Shown piece by piece: positions 58,901 to 64,000 of a DNA stretch of 64,000 bases. The notes below the pieces were generated by a model. It was not told where the DNA came from. It saw only the letters and a list, made by a program, of their open reading frames with translations, and made no database searches. Each line of letters opens with the position of its first letter. The first letter of the stretch is position 1. Made by a program: the position numbers and the translations under genes. The stretch lies in assembly GCA_047601445.1 (NCBI GenBank), contig JASGJH010000001.1, forward strand, positions 6,784,001 to 6,848,000. The letters are read 5' to 3'. This stretch comes from Myxococcales bacterium. Its GTDB lineage: Bacteria > Myxococcota_A > Polyangia > Polyangiales > DASUME01.

Positions 58901-59468
58901 CACAGGCCAGCTTGATCGCATAGAGCGAGGAGGCGCATGCGGCGTCAAGAGCGTAGGCAGCGCCGCCGAAGCCAAGCGCTCGGGCCGCCAGCAGTGCGGG
59001 TAGCCCCGACATGAAGCGGTTGCGCGCGTCCACGCCGCGAGGGGCACCCGACCATAGCTCGATCGCGAGCTCGACCAGTTTGGGCGTTGGATAGCTGAGG
59101 TTCCCGAGCACGAGTCCCGCGCGCGGATGGACATCGCTGTCGTCGAAGCCCGCGCTGCGCATGGCCTCGCGTGCCGCGTGCAGGGTCCACAGGAACACGG
59201 GGTCGAGGCCCGCAAGGCTCGCAGCGTCGAGGGCGAAGCCATGCGGATCGAACTGCGCGTCGAAGTCATCGCGGACGTAGCCACCCACCTTGGTCGCCAC
59301 GGCGGCCGCGAGCTGAGCCTCGTCGACGTGAGACGCGATCCCCCAGGCCCCCGGTGAGGGGCGCCGTAGCGCGGAGCGCTTGCCGCGCACCAGGGACCAC
59401 AGTGCCTCGGGAGTCAGCGCACCCGGTAGCACACAACCTTGACCTACGATCGCGATGGGCTCAGACAT
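52929..59468 (-). CDS. pfa3: PUFA-synthase-like iterative PKS subunit: KS-CLF-AT-(DH'-DH)x2, no C-terminal acyltransferase
   Basis: DAACASS / ECHATGT / SNLGH KS; CLF (SAEECSG); AT GYCSGE; FabA-like HFKNDPCMPG and HFYQDPVQPG. Confidence 0.9.
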   Translation of the reverse strand: MSEPIAIVGQGCVLPGALTPEALWSLVRGKRSALRRPSPGAWGIASHVDEAQLAAAVATKVGGYVRDDFDAQFDPHGFALDAASLAGLDPVFLWTLHAAREAMRSAGFDDSDVHPRAGLVLGNLSYPTPKLVELAIELWSGAPRGVDARNRFMSGLPALLAARALGFGGAAYALDAACASSLYAIKLACDRLQDGRADLMLAGGVNHADSLFLHAGFTAFKALSPTGQSRPFHRDADGLVPSEGAALVVLMRVSDALAQGKPVLGLIRGIGLSNDGRSRGLMVPDEAGQVRALRAAYRHAGLAPRDVSLVECHATGTMLGDNTELRSMRSVFEGSTDLPIGSLKSNLGHLITASGGAAVLKVLAAFKHEVRPATLHAEVPCAELGDRAFRLLHEEEPWTCAGIRRAAISNFGFGGNNAHLVLEEFRPRPRALPRTSTPVSHERQVAVVAQVVRSGAAGAATDLVAHWFDSGVRPSAGVAIDSFELDATNLRTPPADLQVALPQQLLLLAALQDLSDVVGHLPRERTGVLVGMQCDAEVARHAVRYRGSRAWIEKLPPSLSSEPLSASAAVGAMPNIVANRINQQLGFEGPSFTVSAEECSGVIALELAVRALRAGEIDAAVVGAVDMTCEIVQQTASRELLPVAQHEPGDAAVMLVLKRHADAMHAGDPVLALVDPGEAVGSFVLAAESSHGAPRHIGHAHAASGLLQIAMAVAACAQRTLPSPHGPMPWLPRAEQRSAEVQVSSLGGGRSSTVVCSVPGSRAAPVFLAERPHFGVAAADDVDGLLSALERRELAPKVAPRGSLRLGIVADSAAHYEARIERAIRRLRTWGKDECEGALEDGVFMSTRPLHGELAFVYTGAAGAYPQMGRDLALAFPDLVDHFAARAHSLFDAAGWVYAADPSRSQDSTPLEKLWGSSFLCQLHTELTRRTLGLRPTAAIGYCSGETNSMFALDAWCDLDGFRRSVEASHVYDSELCGELRCLRRAWQLDSSQRAEWAIWRVRAPIAEVRAALETEPRVRLTIINTREDMFFAGEPAACARVAARLGRRATRAPGYDFIMHCPEAREFESRWRALHTRPTAAVPGVRFYTHATCASYVADTGSVADALTGQAMNTVDFPALIERAWADGVRVFVEHGPHAGCTKWIGQILGEREHLAISLDSYGRSSLLHAVEAAAQLFVAGVEIDLTLLHGRLHAQPLRPSAGPSLAHQRTLRVPGHPSALPAAPREAEPPPLRAEEPLPPLWWQSVVRPDPAAHRNQSDQTAFGAAPGRAPSTRALAQLAAHHEQLSTLHRAFITHQAQTQTRFVNLVFAQQTAAPGTFGGPTSRGGTTGCEAAALPALAVVTPAAPVRAPVTLPMAKHATTESANRVPLTNATLVARKPPSPRSQPIRRPPSGPSFGRAELEIHASGRISEIFGPSFAQQDQHARQVRMPEPPLLLADRVLGIDGEPGTLGLGTIWTETDVRADAWYLYEGRMPAGLMVESGQADLMLISWLGADFVNRGERVYRLLGCELKSFGELPKVGETLHYQITVDGHAEQDGVRLFFFHYDCWINDELRFSVRNGQAGFFTDQELARSAGVLWSAETAVPVARDEAQLEPARALCERTRFDHDDIRALTEGRLVDCLGPAFARAQTHSRTPTLPAGRMRMFDDVSHFDPRGGPWGRGYLRARLALKPDHWFFRGHFKNDPCMPGTLMFEGGLQAMQIMMIALGHTLDHDGSRFEPAQDHNYVLRCRGQATPASSEVVYEIFVEEILGGPAPTLYADILGSVDGHKAFHCTRMALRLVPAWPLDPGRLALEAAVDERPVAVVDGFRFDYASLMACAWGKPSSAFGPMYARFDGPRRVARLPAPPYHFLSRVRDVRGPIGGMQVGSRAEIEYDVPADAWYFAENNAPSMPFAVLLETALQPCGWLASYVGGALQSEDNLYFRNLDGKGMLHAELPPDVGTVTIETTLKSVSRADRISIFGFDVQMRAGERLLYSLETVFGFFPRETLADQVGLPTSAEQRACLREPSITQIDLAREPSPYYGNTLRLPSERLRVIDRITGLWPQGGKLALGRLRAETAIHADQWFFKAHFYQDPVQPGSIGLQALLQALEALAISLDLDARSAGRFETQASGVPMTWKYRGQVVPENRLVEVDVEITRIETGDRHTTVVGAGSLWVDGKRIYEAQGLAVRLV

Positions 59469-62400
59469 GGGCGCTCGCCTGCCGGGGGGCCTCTTCGGGA
59501 GTGCCTCCCGGAATCAAGTACATCTCGCACCCCGCCAGCTCGACCAGCACGGAGCCGTGCGAATCGGTCAGACGCGCGTCGCAGACCAAGTGCTCGCTGC
59601 TCTGGCTGCGCACGCGAAGCTCGCAGCCGACGGTGCCCTGGGTGGGAAGCGGCGCGAATAGGTGGATGGCTTCGATGCGCATAGGCAGGGTGGCACCCAC
59701 GGTCTGCTGGCCGCACAGGATCGCGAGCTGCAGCGCGCCGTCGAGCGCGGCAGGGTCGGTCGACCAGTTCTCCTCCGGCCAATCCAGCTCACGCACACCC
59801 GCGAGATGCGCTCGCGCGCCCTGCGCCGACAGCCCTTCGATGGAGCGCAGCACGTGAAAGTATTCGCCATGGAACAGCATGTGCGAACGATAGGCGTCGA
59901 CCGCGTTCAGGCCTCCGACCAGCGTGTCCTTGGTGAGCCGCGCCTCCGACCGGCTCTCCTCACACACCTCGCTGTTCGCTCGGTAGCAGAGCTCGCCGAC
60001 CTCGTTGCGCAGCTCGAGCTCCGCGCTGTGCTCGTCGAGCCTGCGCGCGGAAAGCGAGAAGCGCTCGGGTTCTTCGCGGTAGCGCGCCAAAGTGATGCCG
60101 CGCAGCACCCGCAAATCCCGCACCGTGATCGCCGATGCGGGGAACAGTGAGCGGCTAAGGCGGGCAAACCACTCGAGCACCAGCACCATCGGTAGCACCA
60201 CCTGGCCGCGAACACGGTGGCTCTCGAGCTGCGGATGAGACTCCGCGTCGACCATGACTTCCGCCGACAGCTGTTGTCGCCTGCCCTTTGCCATCAATCC
60301 ACCGCCGATCACCACCTGCACGTCCGTGCGCTCGGAGAGGGCCAGCTCGTCGACAAAGCAGCGCGCGCCCTCCGCCACCGGCAACAGTGCGATCCCGCGC
60401 GACCGAAAGTGCTCCCTGAGCGTGGGCGTGACCATGCCGCCTTCCCAGGGACCCCAGCCCAGCGCCGCCACGCGGCAGCCATCTCCTCGCACGCGCGCCT
60501 CGGCCGCGGCGACCTGGTTCAGGACCTCGTTGGCCATGGCGTAGTCGGCCTGCCCCGCGTTGCCCTCGCGCGCCGCCACCGACGAGAACATGCACAGCCA
60601 TCGCAGCGGGTCGGAGCGGGTCGCCCGCAGCAACGTCCGCAGCCCTAGCACCTTGGTGTCGAACACATGGGCGAACTGCGCCTCGGTCTTCTTGTCGAGG
60701 AAGGCGTCGGCCAGCACACCTGCGCCGTGGATGAGGCCGCGGATCGGGCCCCAGGCGCGTCGCACCTCGTCGAGCACGAGGTTCAGCGCAGTCTCATCTC
60801 GAATGTCCACGCATGCATAGGCCACCTCGGCACCCGCCGCGGTCAATGCCTGCAGCGTTGCGCGGATCTCTCGGGCGGCCACGATGGTGGCAACCTTCGC
60901 GCCCACCTGTCTCGGCGTGGAGGGCTCGCCTTTGCGCCGGGCCTCTTCGAGCACGAGCCGCTTGAGCTCGCCTTCATCGGTTGCCGCCGCGAGCATGGGG
61001 GGCTCGGTCTCGAGCCCAGTGCGTCCGAGCAACAGTAGGCGCGGTGCAGCCACGCGCGTGAGCTCGATCAGCGAGGCGGCGGTCACACCCCGGGCGCCGC
61101 CTGACACCACGAACACGGCGTCGCGCAGATCGTCTCGTCCGGCGGCGGGAGTGCGAGGCAGGGGAGCGGGCTGACTCACCAGCGTGAAGCGCGATCCCTG
61201 CGCGTCGAGTCCTACCTCGAGCTCCGGTCCGCCCTGCATGAGTTCGTGCGCGATGGCTTGGGCCAGCTCTTCTGGAGAACGTGCGCCACATGCCAAGTCG
61301 ATGGCCTTGAGCGAAGCTTTGGGCCACTCATGGGATGCCGAGCGTGTCAGCGCCGCCAGACCTCCAAGCCAGGCGCGCTCCGCAGCACGTCCGCTCAGTC
61401 CGAAGTCGCCGCCCGTGTCCTGCACAGTCACGAAGAGCCCACCATGCTCGCGAAAACGCGCGGCCACCGCGCGCGCCACGCCGAACGCCTCGCGGTTGAC
61501 CTCGATCGCACCGGCGGCGTCGACGTTGCGCAGACCCGCCAAGACGATCACGCCGGCGGCGCCGGAAAGCGCGGGCCCCTCGGCCTCCGTGATCGCAGCG
61601 ATGCCCTGTGCGCGAAGCGCTTTGATCAGGGCCGTGGAAATGCCGCGGCCGTCCGTCGTGACCACGATGGTTCCAGCTCCGTGTAGGCCAGGCATCGCGA
61701 AGCCGCTCTCGGGCGCAGGGTGTGTACGCACCGCGAGCCGTAAGGGGGCCGGTGCTCCCGGCGAAACCGCTGTCGCTTCGGCGTCGGTGTTTGAGCGAGC
61801 CGGCAGGGCGTTTTCTCCGGCACTCGCGTGTTTCGAGGCCGCGAAGGCCGCGATGATTTGTCCCAGCGTGCGGAGGCTGGTCAAGCTCGCGCTGCTGACC
61901 TCGGGCAGGTCCGGAACGCGGTTGCGCAATGCGGAAAGAATCTCGACGCGCTTGATCGAGTCGATCCCGAGATCGGCCTCGAGATCTAGATCCAAGTCGA
62001 TCATCTCACGCGGATAGCCCGTGCTGTGAGCCACCACCTCGAGAAGGACGTCCTTCAGATCGTTGGCTCGGTTTGCGGTGCCTGCGGCGGCAGACTCGGT
62101 CTGTACGGACGGATGGTCTGCTCGCTCGGACACTGGCGATGGCGCGCCGGGCAGCTGTCGAGCAGACGCATCGCCGTACAACGCAATGATCTGTGCCAGC
62201 GTGCGAAGGTTGGCCAAGCTGGCGCTGCTGACCTCGGGCAGGTTCGGAACGCGGTTGCGCATGGTCGAGAGAATCTCCACCCGCTTGATGGAGTCGATTC
62301 CCAGATCTGCCTCCAAATCCAGGTCCAGCTCGATCATCTCGAGTGGATAGCCCGTGCTCTGGGCCACGACCTCGAGCAGAATCTGCCCCAAATCTCGGCC

Positions 62401-64000
62401 CGCCGTGGCCGCGGCTTCGCCTTGCGCTTGGTGGGGCGCACCGGAGAGTGGCGTCGGCGTGAGTGGCACTGCCGCGCTCGAGTGGCTTCGAACGCCGACG
62501 CTTTCCGCTTGCCCCAACACCTCGGCGATCTGCGCCAGCGTACGCAGGTTGGCGAGCGTGGTGCTGTTCAGGTCGGGCAGGTGAGGGACCCGGCTGCGCA
62601 TGGTGGACAAGATCTCCACGCGCTTGATGGAGTCGATGCCGAGGTCGGCCTCGAGATCCATGTCGAGCTCGATCATCTCGCGCGGATAGCCCGTGCTCTC
62701 CGCCACGATGGTGAGGAAGAGTTCGCCCAGGTCTGCTCGAGCGTGGCGAGTCACCACGATCGAAGGCTCAACAGCAAGTTCGAGCGGAAGCCGGGGTGGG
62801 GGAGCTGCCACCATCGGTGCGGGAGCCGCGCTCCGCGAGGGAGGCGCGACGGTGTCTGCCGCGGGCGCAGCGGTCGATTCTCAAGCCCAGGCTCGCGAAA
62901 GAGCTCTCGACGGCGCGCAAGAAGGCCTGGTGGCTCTCGGCCATGGCCCGCTGGAAGTCCATTTGGGCCGCGATGGTGGGCGCCTGCAGGCGCTGAATGG
63001 CGTCGACCCAGTCGAGTGGCACGGGCGCTGCTGAGAATGTTGACTCGCTGGGCGATCGAGTGGACGGCGCTATCGGAGCTTCGCTCGCTGTGGGCGGCAC
63101 ACTCGACACAGCCATCGCCGGTTCCCCCGACTTGGCTCGGATCGCGGGCACCCTCGTCACCGACGCGCTCGGTAGCGTATTGGTCTCCCGTACGAACACC
63201 CTCGCTCCGACGGCAGGCGGATAGGGTTTGGCGTGGTTGGCGCCGGTCAGCATGATGGTTCCCTTGCCTTTCACGCTCGGCATCTCGGCCAGCTGACGGC
63301 CCTCCCACAGGCCCGCAAAGGTGAGCGGATACCCGTGGGCCGCCAGCTGTCCGAGCGCGCTGTGCCACGCGGTGACGCCATCCTTGCCACGCTGATCGAG
63401 CGCCACGGCCAGGTGGGGTCTACCCATCAAGCAGCGCTGCGTGAGGCGCGTCAGCACGGCGTCGGGCCCGACCTCGATGAACACGCGCGCACCCGCGGCG
63501 TACATGGCCTCGACCTGCTCGACAAAGCGCACGGGTGCGCTCACGGCCGCGGCCAGTTGCGCCCGCAGCTGATCTGGCTCGGCTGGATACTCGGCCGCGC
63601 TGGCGTTGGCGTAACAAGGCACGCTCGGCGTCTGGACCGGAATGCGATCCAAAAATGCCCGGAAAGGCTCGACCGCAGCAGCCACCAGGGGCGAGTGAAA
63701 CGCGGTGGACACCGACAGACGACGCACGCGCAGCCCCGCCGCTTCGAGCGAGCGCTCGGCGCCTTCGATGGCAGCCACGGAGCCCGACAACACGACCTGT
63801 TGCGGGTCGTTGTGATTGGCGAGCACGACCTCCATTCCAAGGACGAGTCGTTCCACCTCCTCGCGCGCGGCGCTGACCGCCGTCATGGCACCCGGTACAT
63901 CGCTCGCATGGGCCATCAGCTCGCCTCGTTGGCGTGCCACGCGCAATCCATCGCCGCGCTCGAGGGCTCCCGAGGCGGTGAGCGCAGTCACTTCACCCAG
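59461..64000 (-). CDS. pfa2: PUFA-synthase-like subunit (MAT-ACPx3-KR-DH), 5' part outside window, 1-bp insertion at ~62881
   Basis: LGEVTAL...AFHS MAT; three LEADLGIDSIKRVEIL ACPs; KR SGGARGVT...DYAMAN; DH HRVRGQVVLP...DGALQ. TTG[A]GAA TCG joins ORFs 62768..63991 and 59461..62814. Confidence 0.88.
61836..62733 (-). repeat. Three tandem intragenic ACP-coding repeats
   Basis: Near-identical STGYP...DLEADLGIDSIKRVEILS...VP.LP...LRTL.QI units at ~62512-62733, ~62170-62394 and ~61836-62061. Confidence 0.9.

Overview
GC-rich bacterial window. The gene content points to Myxococcota, probably Polyangiales-like (inference from Ser/Thr kinases, many Asp-Ala-Gly-rich lipoproteins, a sigma-54 activator and a pfa2/pfa3-type synthase). 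In order it holds: an anti-sigma-like fragment and lipoproteins, a sigma-54 activator, an AraC/DUF1993 pair, a Ser/Thr kinase, a DprE1-like oxidase, a 1843-aa STK-AAA-GAF-PAS-His kinase, a FadL-like/lipoprotein/MlaE/LuxR operon divergent from a P450 + MFP-RND-TolC-RND operon, a phoD remnant with an internal deletion, a liv ABC operon with a binding-protein/permease fusion, a serine hydrolase, an MMPL transporter, a hybrid kinase with two paralogous response regulators flanking gdhA, a stand-alone class II terpene-cyclase-like gene, an IS5-family element and the 3' part of an iterative PUFA-synthase-like (pfa2/pfa3) cluster. Most notable: the IS5 element (perfect 16-bp TIRs, CTAG on both sides) carries a passenger four-helix-bundle (23S-IVS-protein/Avd-like) gene. 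That gene is enclosed by its own 41-bp, 39/41-matching inverted repeats built from CGTNNN hexamers, i.e. an IVS-like cassette nested in an IS. Four single-base insertions break otherwise intact genes and may be sequencing errors. No rRNA, tRNA or CRISPR array was recognised.
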